Shown: positions 10,508 through 20,341 of the stretch, in pieces | Layout of the letters: every line of letters starts with the position of its first letter | Numbering within the stretch: the first letter of the stretch is position 1 | Assembly (NCBI GenBank): GCA_963676565.1 | Contig: OY781089.1 | Location: 1,824,001 to 1,888,000 of the forward strand | Length of the DNA stretch: 64,000 nucleotides | From: Halarcobacter sp. | GTDB taxonomy: Bacteria; Campylobacterota; Campylobacteria; Campylobacterales; Arcobacteraceae | Direction: 5' to 3' | Made by a program: the position numbers and the translations under genes | Notes under the pieces: generated by a model | The model's input: the letters and a program-made list of their open reading frames with translations, nothing else | The model's database searches: none | What the model was told of the DNA's origin: nothing

Positions 10508-11779
10508 TTAGTCAAATAAATGGCCTTTATTTCTAAATAAAGCTCTAACTTTATCCATTTGAGAGTAAAAGCTTGACATCATTACAGTAAGAATATATCT
10601 TCCTTTTTTTGTTAAATTAATAACATCATCTTCAATATAAATAATTCCAAAATTTTTAAGTACAAATAGTTCTTTCCCTAAAATATTTTCTAAACTTACA
10701 TTGAATTTTTTATTATAAGCTTTTATGTCAAAAGTCCCAGAAAATAAAGTGCATAAAATGTAATATTGAATTATATTTTTTTCACTAAATTCACTTTTTG
10801 CCAAAATTGTGTCTTTTTTTGTTTTTAATAACTCTTCATATTTTTCTAAATCAAAGGCATTAATAAATAGCTTTCCTTCTAGATAAGAAAAAGCACCACT
10901 TCCAAGGCCTATATATTCGTTATGAGTTGAGATATATTCATCGTTCATATTAACTTTATCTCTTGAAAATGACCACATATTATTAGCATGATAATCTTTT
11001 AATTCATCATTTATAATATTGTAAAAATGCTCCTTATTATTGTTAGGCTCGAATCTATTTGTAAATCTTGAATTAAGTGTTGAGCTCATAAGTGGATATG
11101 TAACTATTTGTTCAACACCTAGAGATTTCGCTATATCTAAATCATCTCTTAACATTTTCTCTGTTTGATTTGGTAGATTAAATATTAAATCTATATTCGT
11201 CATAGGTAAGATACCTTTAACAGCTTTAATTTTTTTTATTAATGATTTAGAATCACCAAATTTGTCAAATCTGCCCAATTCTTTTAATAAAGTATCATTA
11301 AAACTTTGAACTCCAATGGATAATCTTCTCACATAAGCTTTTAATTTTTTTATAGTTTCAACTTCAATATGATTTGGATCTGTTTCAATGGAGACATCTT
11401 CAACATTAAAAGATTCTTTTAAAAGTTTTAATGTTTTTAGTAGTTCAACATCATTTATTAAAGGACTTCCCCCTCCAATATATATGGAGTCAATTTTTAC
11501 ATTATATGATTTAAGTATTTTTATCTCTTCCCTTAAATTTTGAAAATATTTTGTGGAAATTTTCATATTATGATTATATTTATGGAAGGTACAAAATGGG
11601 CATAGATTATCGCAAAATGGAACATGTAAATATAAAAGATATGAAACATCTTTTTTGATATGATTAAATTTAGAATCATTTTTTTCTGTTTTTACAATCT
11701 TAACAGACGACTCAAAAGTTTTATTAACTATATTATTTACAATGTTATTAAAAAGTATATTTTTCATATTATTAATCAT
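10508..11779 (-). CDS. mqnK: HemN-like class C radical SAM enzyme, probable menaquinone methyltransferase MqnK/MenK
   Basis: YLHVPFCDNLCPFCTFHKY (CxxxCxxC), QIVTYPLM resembling the MenK/MqnK QxxxYPLM signature, YIGLGSGAFS; divergent from psrA. Confidence 0.72.
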   Translation of the reverse strand: MINNMKNILFNNIVNNIVNKTFESSVKIVKTEKNDSKFNHIKKDVSYLLYLHVPFCDNLCPFCTFHKYNHNMKISTKYFQNLREEIKILKSYNVKIDSIYIGGGSPLINDVELLKTLKLLKESFNVEDVSIETDPNHIEVETIKKLKAYVRRLSIGVQSFNDTLLKELGRFDKFGDSKSLIKKIKAVKGILPMTNIDLIFNLPNQTEKMLRDDLDIAKSLGVEQIVTYPLMSSTLNSRFTNRFEPNNNKEHFYNIINDELKDYHANNMWSFSRDKVNMNDEYISTHNEYIGLGSGAFSYLEGKLFINAFDLEKYEELLKTKKDTILAKSEFSEKNIIQYYILCTLFSGTFDIKAYNKKFNVSLENILGKELFVLKNFGIIYIEDDVINLTKKGRYILTVMMSSFYSQMDKVRALFRNKGHLFD

Positions 11780-11796
11780 TTTTAATCCTTTGTGAA

Positions 11797-11829
11797 ATTT
11801 TATATCTACTCAGTAAATTTAATGTAAAT
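11797..11829 (-). promoter_or_regulatory. mqnK promoter: 17-bp box plus -10
   Basis: Minus strand ATTTACATTAAATTTAC (11829-11813), 10 nt, TAAAAT (11802-11797). Confidence 0.7.
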
Positions 11830-11916
11830 ATAAACTTATGAAGAATTATATTTAACATTAGGGGGAAAAAAGGGTTTAAATATATTATATAAACTTAAAA
11901 TGAGATTTAATATGTG

Positions 11917-11949
11917 ATTTACATTAAATTTACATACAAGTATTAAGAT
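11917..11949 (+). promoter_or_regulatory. psrA promoter: identical 17-bp box plus -10
   Basis: ATTTACATTAAATTTAC (11917-11933), 10 nt, TAAGAT (11944-11949). Confidence 0.7.
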
Positions 11950-11978
11950 TCGGTTAACAATATTTAAAAGGATCAAAA

Positions 11979-14273
11979 ATGAGTAGTACATTTAATAGAA
12001 GAGATTTTCTAAAAGCTACTTCTGCAACAGCTGCTATTGCAGGTACATCTTGTATGGCAGGTAAGTTAGGTTCTCTTGATAATCCAGTATTCTCAGGGGG
12101 AAACAAAACTGTTAACTCATATTGCGAGATGTGTAGTAGTAGATGTCAGATTCAAGCTAAAGTTGAAAATGGAAAAGTAAAATTCATCCAAGGTAATAAA
12201 CATTCAAAAGGAATGAAAACTTCTGTTTGTGCTAGAGGAGCTTCTGGTCACTCTCAACTTTATGATAATGAAAGATTAGTAAAACCTTTAATTAGAGTAG
12301 GGCAAAGGGGTGAAAACAAATGGATGGAAGTTTCAACTGAAGAAGCTTTAGATTTTATTGCAAAAAAATTAGCAAAAATTAAAGAGGAACATGGGGCAAA
12401 ATCTGTTATCTTTTCTGCAAAAACTGGTGATCATCATCATAATATGACCACTTTTGCAAGTGCATATGGAAGTCCAAATATTTTTTCACATTATAGTTCA
12501 TGTCCAATCACTTACAAAGTTGCTTTCCCTCATACATATGGAACAAGTTTAGCTAGAGATTTTGGAAATGCTAATTATATTCTTAACTTTGGGCACAATT
12601 TATTTGAAGGTATTGCAGTTAGTAAAACTAAGAAACTAGCCCATGTGGCAAATTCTGATAAAACAAAACTTGTTGTATTAGATCCAAGATTTTCAATTGT
12701 AGCATCAAAAGCAGATGAGTGGCATGCTGTCAAACCAGGAACAGATTTAGCTTTTGTTTTAGCTTTAACTCATGTTTGGTTAAGGGATGGAACTTATGAT
12801 AAAGAGTTTGTTGATAAATACACAATTGGAATAGAAAAACTTGTAGAAAGTACAAAAGATACAACACCACAATGGCAAGAAAAAATTACAGGTATTAAAG
12901 CTGAAGTTGTAGAAAGAATTGCAAAAGAGATTTATGCAGCAGCACCAAAGGTTATTATTGATTGGGGGCATAAAACAACAACGGGTCCATCTGAATACCA
13001 AAGAACAAGAGCAATTTTAGTTGCAAATGCACTAATGGGTAATCTTGAAAAAGAGGGTGGAGTTTATATGAAGAAAAAAGCTAAAACTGTAAATAAGTTA
13101 GCAAAAATGGATATAGCACCAACTACAGGAAATCCTGATAAAGGAATAAAAGTCTTAAAGGAATTAAGAATTGATAAATCTGCTGAAAAGGGTGAAGCAA
13201 ATGTATTTATTTCAAGAAAACATGGAGTTTTACAAGATATCCCAAAAGCTATATTAACAGGTATTCCATATGAAGTAAAAGGATGGTTCCTAACAAGACA
13301 TAATCCATTAATTACAGTAGCGGACACAACTAAAACTAGACAAGCTATGAATAAACTTGATTTAATAGTTGTAAATGATATTTATATGTCTGAAACTGCA
13401 TTGATGGCAGATGTGATTATTCCTGAAGCTACATATTTAGAAAGGGATGAAGGTATCCTAGATGTTTCATCTAAAGCACCTGCTTATATGATGAGAAATA
13501 AAGTTGTAGACCCAATTAATAATACTTTATCAACTTCTCAAATATTTAGAAGCTTAGCAAAAAAATTAAATATTGACAGTTTATATAAATGGGATAATAT
13601 GACTCAATATAGAGTTCAACAAGCAAAAGGAAACACTGACTTTTTAGAAAAATTAGCGAAAGATGGATATGTATCATTTGGTATTCCTTCATTATTAATG
13701 AGAGAAAAAACTTATGTTGATAATTTTGTATCAAAATACCCAAGTGCAGCAGAAAATTTAGATGAAGATGGTTTATTTGCAGGAAAAATGAAATTTAAAA
13801 CACCAAGTGGAAAAATTGAAATTTTCTCTGAAAAAGTTGAAGCAGAATTCCCTGGGTATGGAGTTCCTAGAATTGATGATATGGATTTACAAAAAGGATT
13901 TCCTTATATTATTACTTCAGGTAAAACAGCAATTCATACAAATGGACATACACAAAATGTTCCTTATTTAAATAGCTTAATGAGTGATAATCCAGTTTGG
14001 ATTAATCCAGTTACAGCAAAAAAAGAGGGAATAAAAACTGGAGATAAAATATTTATTGAAAGTTATGTTGGAAAAGAAAAAGCTACAGCTTTTGTAACAG
14101 AAGGTATTAGGCCTGATACTTTATTCGTTTATATGGGATTTGGTAGAGAATCTGAGAGGTTAACAAGAACAAATGGAGTTGGAACTAGTCAATCAAAATT
14201 ATTGTCTTTAAATAAAGGGACAGTTTGTTCAACAATGATTACAAACATTGGTGCAAGAATAATTAAGGCGTAA
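11979..14273 (+). CDS. psrA: Polysulfide/thiosulfate reductase molybdopterin subunit (PsrA/PhsA)
   Basis: Tat motif NRRDFLK, FS0 CEMCSSRC...C, HYSSCP, PGTDLA, PEATYLER. Confidence 0.88.
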   Translation: MSSTFNRRDFLKATSATAAIAGTSCMAGKLGSLDNPVFSGGNKTVNSYCEMCSSRCQIQAKVENGKVKFIQGNKHSKGMKTSVCARGASGHSQLYDNERLVKPLIRVGQRGENKWMEVSTEEALDFIAKKLAKIKEEHGAKSVIFSAKTGDHHHNMTTFASAYGSPNIFSHYSSCPITYKVAFPHTYGTSLARDFGNANYILNFGHNLFEGIAVSKTKKLAHVANSDKTKLVVLDPRFSIVASKADEWHAVKPGTDLAFVLALTHVWLRDGTYDKEFVDKYTIGIEKLVESTKDTTPQWQEKITGIKAEVVERIAKEIYAAAPKVIIDWGHKTTTGPSEYQRTRAILVANALMGNLEKEGGVYMKKKAKTVNKLAKMDIAPTTGNPDKGIKVLKELRIDKSAEKGEANVFISRKHGVLQDIPKAILTGIPYEVKGWFLTRHNPLITVADTTKTRQAMNKLDLIVVNDIYMSETALMADVIIPEATYLERDEGILDVSSKAPAYMMRNKVVDPINNTLSTSQIFRSLAKKLNIDSLYKWDNMTQYRVQQAKGNTDFLEKLAKDGYVSFGIPSLLMREKTYVDNFVSKYPSAAENLDEDGLFAGKMKFKTPSGKIEIFSEKVEAEFPGYGVPRIDDMDLQKGFPYIITSGKTAIHTNGHTQNVPYLNSLMSDNPVWINPVTAKKEGIKTGDKIFIESYVGKEKATAFVTEGIRPDTLFVYMGFGRESERLTRTNGVGTSQSKLLSLNKGTVCSTMITNIGARIIKA

Positions 14274-14283
14274 GGGGTAAGTT

Positions 14284-14853
14284 ATGAAAAAGAATTATAG
14301 AATGATACATGATGAGAATTTATGTATTGGATGTCAAGCATGTAGTGTAGCTTGTAGAAGTGAAAATAATATTCATGATGATGTATTTAGATTACAAGTT
14401 AGAATTAATACAGAAGGAACTTTCCCTAATCTTAAAATGGATATGAAAAGACAATCTTGTGCAATGTGTGAAGATGCACCATGTGTTGATGTTTGTCCAA
14501 CAGGTGCGTCGTTCCAAACAAAAGATGGACTTGTTCTGTTAGATAATCAGCTTTGTGTCTCTTGTAAATATTGTGTAGTTGCTTGTCCTTATGAAGCAAG
14601 ATACACAGATCCAGTTACAAAAAATATTGACAAGTGTACTTTTTGTTACTCAAATAGAGTTTCAAAAGGGCAAGATCCAGCATGTGTTACAGTGTGTCCA
14701 ACTGATGCATTAGTATTTGGTGATATGAATGATAAAGAATCTGAGGTTTATAAAAAAGCTAATGAAAATATTTTGACATATCCAAAAGCACACTTAGGTA
14801 CTAAAACTAAATTAGCATTTGTTCCAAATAAAAAAGGAGTAAGTTATGAATAA
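14284..14853 (+). CDS. psrB: PsrB/PhsB 4Fe-4S subunit
   Basis: Four Cys clusters: CIGCQAC..C, CAMC..PC..CP, CVSCKYC..CP, KCTFC..CVTVCP. Confidence 0.88.
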   Translation: MKKNYRMIHDENLCIGCQACSVACRSENNIHDDVFRLQVRINTEGTFPNLKMDMKRQSCAMCEDAPCVDVCPTGASFQTKDGLVLLDNQLCVSCKYCVVACPYEARYTDPVTKNIDKCTFCYSNRVSKGQDPACVTVCPTDALVFGDMNDKESEVYKKANENILTYPKAHLGTKTKLAFVPNKKGVSYE

Positions 14854-15835
14854 TATGTGGGGAAGCATGGCTCAATATGAAGTCATTAATTGGCCTTGGC
14901 CAATTGCAGTTTATCTGTTTTTAGCAGGTATTAGTGCAGGTTCAATAATAGTTGCATTATTAGTAAAATGGAATAGACATAATCATGAATCTGAAACCTC
15001 TTCTATTTGGGATGCAATGGTAAAAGCAGGAGCTATTATTTCTCCTATAGCAATCATCATTGGTTTAGGATTATTGATAATAGATTTAGGTAAACCATTA
15101 TCATTTTATTGGTTGTTAATTAGTTATAATTTTACTTCTGTAATGACCCTTGGTGTTATAGCATTATTTTTGTACACACCATTTGCATTAATTTTTACAG
15201 GTATAATTTTTGAAGATACAATCAAAAAAATACCTCTTATAAAAATGTTTGCGCCTATCATAGCTTATATTAAAAGTTATACAGAATATGCTAAAAAAGC
15301 AGAATATTTCTTATTCTTTTTAGCTTTAGTTGTTGGAGCTTATACCGGGTTCCTTTTATCAGCAAATATGAGTATTCCAATGTGGAACTCTCCAATATTA
15401 CCTGTATTGTTTCTAGCATCAGGGATTTCAGCTGGTATTGCAGGAAATATTTTGGTGGGGATGTTATTTTTCAAAAGTAGTGTTAATAAAGAGAGCATTA
15501 AATATCTTTTAATGCTAGATTTAAGAGTTATCATGGTTGAGATACCACTTTTAATTATGTTATTTGTTGGTATGTTATATTCAGGTGGAGAAGCAAAAAT
15601 TGCTGCAATTGACGCTTTAAGTACAGGTAGTTGGGCAGCTGTATTTTGGTTAGGTGTAATTTTTCTAGGATTAATTCTACCAGTAATTATTGCTTTTACA
15701 GCTTTAAAAAACCATGCTTATAAAGTTAAATTTATTATGATTAACTCTATTGTTGTTTTAGTTGGTGTAGCACTACTAAGATTCTATGTAGTTTATGCAG
15801 GACAGTTATTTACTGGTTCTTCTGCTATAGCTTAA
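14846..15835 (+). CDS. psrC: PsrC/NrfD-family membrane anchor
   Basis: WPIAVYLFLAG, DLGKP, YTGFLLS, LRFYVVYAGQ; about 8 TM. Confidence 0.88.
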   Translation: MNNMWGSMAQYEVINWPWPIAVYLFLAGISAGSIIVALLVKWNRHNHESETSSIWDAMVKAGAIISPIAIIIGLGLLIIDLGKPLSFYWLLISYNFTSVMTLGVIALFLYTPFALIFTGIIFEDTIKKIPLIKMFAPIIAYIKSYTEYAKKAEYFLFFLALVVGAYTGFLLSANMSIPMWNSPILPVLFLASGISAGIAGNILVGMLFFKSSVNKESIKYLLMLDLRVIMVEIPLLIMLFVGMLYSGGEAKIAAIDALSTGSWAAVFWLGVIFLGLILPVIIAFTALKNHAYKVKFIMINSIVVLVGVALLRFYVVYAGQLFTGSSAIA

Positions 15836-15853
15836 AAAATTATAAAAAAAGAA

Positions 15854-15888
15854 ATATAATTAGAAAGTTTTAATCTTTCTAATTATAT
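15854..15888. terminator. Perfect 14-bp inverted repeat after psrC
   Basis: ATATAATTAGAAAG-TTTTAAT-CTTTCTAATTATAT. Confidence 0.55.
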
Positions 15889-15897
15889 ACTTAAATT

Positions 15898-16563
15898 ATG
15901 AAAATTTTACTTTTAGAAGACGATTATATATATAACGAAAGTGTTACAGAATATTTAGAAGAGATTGGATATGAAGTTGATAGCTTCTATGATGGAGAAT
16001 CAGCTTTAGATGCTTTAGTTGAAAATAAATATTATTTAGCAATACTTGATATAAAGGTGCCAAAATTAAATGGTCACGAGGTTATTAGATATCTAAAAGA
16101 TATAGGTAATGATACTCCAATTATAATAACAACTTCGCTAGTTGATATTGATAATATTACAATTGGTTATCAACTAGGTTGTAATGATTATCTTAAAAAA
16201 CCCTATGAACTAAAAGAATTGGAATTAAGAATTAATAGTTTAATTAGTACTAAATATAATACTGCAGAGAATTCTTTGTGTAATTTAATGAATGAATATA
16301 CATTTAGTTTGCAAAATGGAACATTGAAATTAAAAGACAAAGAGATAGATTTAACTTTAAAAGAAAAAGAGTTAGTTGAGTTTTTAGTTAGTAATGCAAA
16401 CTGTTTTTGTGATATGGAAACAATTAGAGAAAATGTTTGGGAAGGGAAAGAGATTCATTATGCTGATATTAGAATGTATATTAGAAAAATTAGAATTAAA
16501 ACCCATAAAGATTTTATTATATCCTCTAGGGGATTAGGATACAAAATTGAAGCAACAAAATGA
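15898..16563 (+). CDS. OmpR-family response regulator
   Basis: LLEDD, ILDIKVP, DYLKKP, wHTH ending SRGLGYK. Confidence 0.93.
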   Translation: MKILLLEDDYIYNESVTEYLEEIGYEVDSFYDGESALDALVENKYYLAILDIKVPKLNGHEVIRYLKDIGNDTPIIITTSLVDIDNITIGYQLGCNDYLKKPYELKELELRINSLISTKYNTAENSLCNLMNEYTFSLQNGTLKLKDKEIDLTLKEKELVEFLVSNANCFCDMETIRENVWEGKEIHYADIRMYIRKIRIKTHKDFIISSRGLGYKIEATK

Positions 16564-17713
16564 TGAGAAAAAATATGCTTATATTTATACCTTGTTATTG
16601 ATGGTATTATTTACTATACCAGTTTATTTTGCTTTATCTTATGCCTATGAAAATGAATTGATTTTAAAAGAGATGTCATTGGAAAAATATTCCAATGATC
16701 TAGAAAATCAAATTTACTCCGAAAAAATTAACTTAACAAGAAGTGTCAAAATAAGATATGCTTTTTTAAATAAAATGGGAGAGGAACAACTTTATGATTT
16801 ATCAAAGGACTTAGAAAATTATGATTTTAAAACCTTTGTTGATTATCCATATTTCTATTATAAAAAACATGTAAACAAAAATATTTATGGCATATCAACT
16901 ATAATTTGTGAAACAAAAATTGATTACTCAAAGGTTATTTTACTTGCAACAATTTTGTTTTTCTCTGTTCTTATTAATATTATATTATTAAATAGAAGTA
17001 TTATTAGAAATATATCAAAACCCTATGAATTAGTTCAAAGATATACAAATATACTATTTAACGACACAATGCATGAATTAAAAACTCCCCTTGGAATAAT
17101 AAATTTAAATTTAGATTTACTAGTTAGGAAAAATGGAGAGAATAAACATATAAATAGAATGAAAATTGCATTAAAGCAAATACAAATCAATTATGAATCT
17201 ATTGAATATTATATTAAAAATCATAAGGTTAAATATTCAAAGGACAAAATAAACCTTTCTGAATATCTCTTAACAAGAGTTGATTTTTTTGAAGATATTG
17301 CTAAATCAAAATTTATGGCAATAGAAACTAATATAGAAAATGAAATATTTATCTATATGAATCTTTTAGAACTTCAAAGAATCATAGACAATACAATTAT
17401 AAATGCAATTAAATATTCTAAACCACAAAGTAAAATAGAAGTTTCTCTTAAATCGGAGTTTGATACTTGTTTTCTAACAATTAAAGATTATGGTTACGGA
17501 ATAAAAGATACAAAAAGTGTTTTTCAAAGATTCACAAGAGAGGATCAAACTCAAGGGGGTTTTGGTTTAGGTTTAAATATTATAAAAACTATTTGTGACA
17601 AAAATGGTATTGAAGTTAAGTTAGAATCAAAAGAGGATGTTGGCTCAAGTTTCACCTATGAAATTGAAATTTATAAAGAAAAGTTTTTGGATAGGTTAGA
17701 AGATGGACAATAA
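16547..17713 (+). CDS. Sensor histidine kinase
   Basis: Two TM, HELKTPL H-box, NAIKYS, DYGYG, GFGLGL. Confidence 0.92.
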   Translation: MKQQNDEKKYAYIYTLLLMVLFTIPVYFALSYAYENELILKEMSLEKYSNDLENQIYSEKINLTRSVKIRYAFLNKMGEEQLYDLSKDLENYDFKTFVDYPYFYYKKHVNKNIYGISTIICETKIDYSKVILLATILFFSVLINIILLNRSIIRNISKPYELVQRYTNILFNDTMHELKTPLGIINLNLDLLVRKNGENKHINRMKIALKQIQINYESIEYYIKNHKVKYSKDKINLSEYLLTRVDFFEDIAKSKFMAIETNIENEIFIYMNLLELQRIIDNTIINAIKYSKPQSKIEVSLKSEFDTCFLTIKDYGYGIKDTKSVFQRFTREDQTQGGFGLGLNIIKTICDKNGIEVKLESKEDVGSSFTYEIEIYKEKFLDRLEDGQ

Positions 17714-18521
17714 GAATTTTTTTAAAATTACACTATTTGTTGTATTTAGTTGTATTACTTTAATTTGGGTATTTGATAATTATTTAACAACTCAAAAACA
17801 AGAGAAAATTGAGATAAGAATAGACTCATATCTAAAGGAGTTAACTGATTTAGTAGATAAGAATAAAAATCTTGTGATGACAGCTTCAGTTTTACTTTCA
17901 AAGGATGAAAGTATAAAAAGATGTTTAAGAACAAAGGAACAATGTAATTGTTTAAAATATCTTAGTAAATCGAAGGAATCATTGCTAAATACTTATCTTT
18001 TTGATGATTTTAAAATCCACGTTCATGATAAGGATTTAAATAGTTTTTATAGACTTTGGGATCCAAATAGAGAAAATGATTCCTTAGACTCCTTTAGACA
18101 CTCTTTAAAAATTGTAAAAAAACATAAAACTCCTATCTCATGTATCGAGATTGGAAGATTCTCTATGCTTATTAGAGGAATCTCACCAGTTATTGATGAT
18201 GGCAAGTATTTAGGTTCAATTGAAGCAATAACTAACTTTAATTCTTTAATAGAGGAGTTTGAACAAAAAGGGGTGAAATTATATATTCTTATGAATAGAG
18301 AGTATCAATCTGTCGCCTCAAAAGTTGAGTTTTCAAAGGAACAAGAACTTAGAGACTTTGTACTTTTAAATAAAACAAATGAAGATATAAGTTTTTTAAA
18401 TGATGTAGATTTTAATGGAACACAATATCATAAAATGGGCTATTATTATATAGTAAACACACCAATTTATGATATCTCTAGGCAGGTGATAGGTTATTAT
18501 GTTTTAAAAGTTTATTTATGA
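17703..18521 (+). CDS. Membrane-anchored stand-alone Cache (dCache-like) domain protein
   Basis: One N-terminal TM; KIHVHD..SFYRLW, EIGR..IRGISPV..GKYLGSIE; ends at ...VIGYYVL with no output domain. Confidence 0.72.
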   Translation: MDNKNFFKITLFVVFSCITLIWVFDNYLTTQKQEKIEIRIDSYLKELTDLVDKNKNLVMTASVLLSKDESIKRCLRTKEQCNCLKYLSKSKESLLNTYLFDDFKIHVHDKDLNSFYRLWDPNRENDSLDSFRHSLKIVKKHKTPISCIEIGRFSMLIRGISPVIDDGKYLGSIEAITNFNSLIEEFEQKGVKLYILMNREYQSVASKVEFSKEQELRDFVLLNKTNEDISFLNDVDFNGTQYHKMGYYYIVNTPIYDISRQVIGYYVLKVYL

Positions 18522-19435
18522 TTTTTGATAATCTTTTTAACTTCATCTAGAAGTTCAACTGAAGCATCAATTTCAGCTTTTCTAATTGCAACACTTTCAA
18601 TATTACAACCAATAGGAATCCCTTTTTTAAGTCCAAAGGTATATAACTCTTCAAAAATATCTTTTGATAATTTTACTGAGTCTTGTAAAATATCACCTGA
18701 TTCTTTTAATTCCTCTTCTAAATAGTTGGGTACATTTATCCCTAGCCATTTCATAAAATCTAAAGTTTTTGCACTTCCACAAGGTGTGAGTGTAAAAATT
18801 ATAGGTACAAGTTCAAGTGAGTTTTCTTTTGCATATTTTACATAGTCAGTTAAAAAAGTTTTTGCTGCATGAACATCATAAACACATTGTGTAATAAAAT
18901 ATTCACAGCCAGATTTTTGTTTAGATACAACTCTAGTATGTTCATTATGTTTTGACATGTGTCTCTCAGGGATTGCAATTCCTCCAAGACAGAGATTATT
19001 ATTAACTTCCCTTTTTAAAGAGTAGGCTTCTTTTAAAGTTAAAGGGTTTTTTTGTTCATGGGAAGCAGCCCCAACAAATACAGAGTGAACTTGATTTTGT
19101 CTAGTAAATTCTAACCATTTTGAAAAGGTTTCCGTTGTGTAGTTACCAACAGCCCTGTAGACAATTCTAGGTGTTTTTAGTTCTTGTAAATAATTATGTG
19201 AATATTCACATGGGTCTAAGGTTTTAATAAAAGGGAAAGGTCTTTCTTCATCAGTTCTTTCTGATTCATCTTGAATATCATATAAAACCAATCCATCTAC
19301 ATCTAATTTAGAAATTCTATCAACATGCCTTGAAGCAATCTCTTTTATCTCTTCTTGAGTATGTTTTACTTTTGGAGGAGTGATTCCATAAAGAACTATA
19401 CCACTTTGTTTATTTCTAATTTTTTCCGTTAACAT
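18512..19435 (-). CDS. Methylenetetrahydrofolate reductase-family flavoprotein
   Basis: YGITPPK, LYDIQDE, GCEYFITQCVYD, FMKWLG. Confidence 0.75.
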   Translation of the reverse strand: MLTEKIRNKQSGIVLYGITPPKVKHTQEEIKEIASRHVDRISKLDVDGLVLYDIQDESERTDEERPFPFIKTLDPCEYSHNYLQELKTPRIVYRAVGNYTTETFSKWLEFTRQNQVHSVFVGAASHEQKNPLTLKEAYSLKREVNNNLCLGGIAIPERHMSKHNEHTRVVSKQKSGCEYFITQCVYDVHAAKTFLTDYVKYAKENSLELVPIIFTLTPCGSAKTLDFMKWLGINVPNYLEEELKESGDILQDSVKLSKDIFEELYTFGLKKGIPIGCNIESVAIRKAEIDASVELLDEVKKIIKNHK

Positions 19436-19475
19436 TAAAAACCTTGAGCTATTTAATAATTTTTTTGTATTTTAC

Positions 19476-20288
19476 TTAATACAACTTGTAATAAACATAA
19501 ATTTTTACTTTTGTTTTTGTTTTAGGTCTAGGATAATCTTTATATGCAATCTCAATTGTTTCAATTGTATTTTTATCTAAACTTGTATAGCCTGAAGAGT
19601 TTGAAAGTTTTAAATCACTAATATCTCCATTTGGATGTAAAAAAAATTCAACTATGTTCATCCCTTGTTGACCTGTTCTTATGGCAATTCTTGGATATTT
19701 TAAATATTTTTGAGTAATTCTACCAATATTTTTTAAGTTTTTTTGTAAATAAACCTTTTGAACCTTTGTAAAAGAGTTGTATTCTTCCCCATAAAGTCTT
19801 AAATAGCTTTTTGTTATATCATCTAACATATTTTTATCAAGGGGTACTGGCTCTGCTAATAAAAAGTTTTCCAAAGATTTTTTAGGAATTGTTTTTCTTT
19901 TTTCTTGGGGTTTTATTTCAACTTTTTTAGGAATTTGTTTTATAGGTGTAGGTTTTACTTCAACTTTTTTTACTGGCTTAGGAATGATTTTTTTTGCTTC
20001 TTTAGTAATAGGCTTTTTTTGTTGAGGTACTATTTTTTTCTTATCAACTACTTTATAATTTTTAGGTTTTGTCTTTTTTACCTCTGGTTTTTTTATCTCT
20101 TTTTTTGTTTGTTTTTCAACTGGTTTTTGAACTTTTTTTGGCATTAACTTTACATAGTTTATTGATGATTTATTTATTTTTTTTGATGTAGATGCACTTT
20201 GTTTAATCTCTTCTTTTTTTTCTAAGGAAGAAAAGAATAAAAAATGTAAAGAAAGTGATAAAATAAAGGCAAGTATAATAAGTTTCAT
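19476..20288 (-). CDS. tonB: TonB-family energy transducer
   Basis: TM with SLSLH, Lys/Pro-rich linker, YPRIA...SSGYTSLD; start MKLIIL at 20288. Confidence 0.8.
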   Translation of the reverse strand: MKLIILAFILSLSLHFLFFSSLEKKEEIKQSASTSKKINKSSINYVKLMPKKVQKPVEKQTKKEIKKPEVKKTKPKNYKVVDKKKIVPQQKKPITKEAKKIIPKPVKKVEVKPTPIKQIPKKVEIKPQEKRKTIPKKSLENFLLAEPVPLDKNMLDDITKSYLRLYGEEYNSFTKVQKVYLQKNLKNIGRITQKYLKYPRIAIRTGQQGMNIVEFFLHPNGDISDLKLSNSSGYTSLDKNTIETIEIAYKDYPRPKTKTKVKIYVYYKLY

Positions 20289-20341
20289 ACTCCTATTATA
20301 GTAGAATGTTGCTTTTAAAATATATAGATATAGGACCGATA

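Noticed and set aside
10508..11779. Annotation as coproporphyrinogen III oxidase HemN
   Set aside because: QxxxYPLM motif, FHKY after the Cys triad and psr context fit MqnK/MenK better
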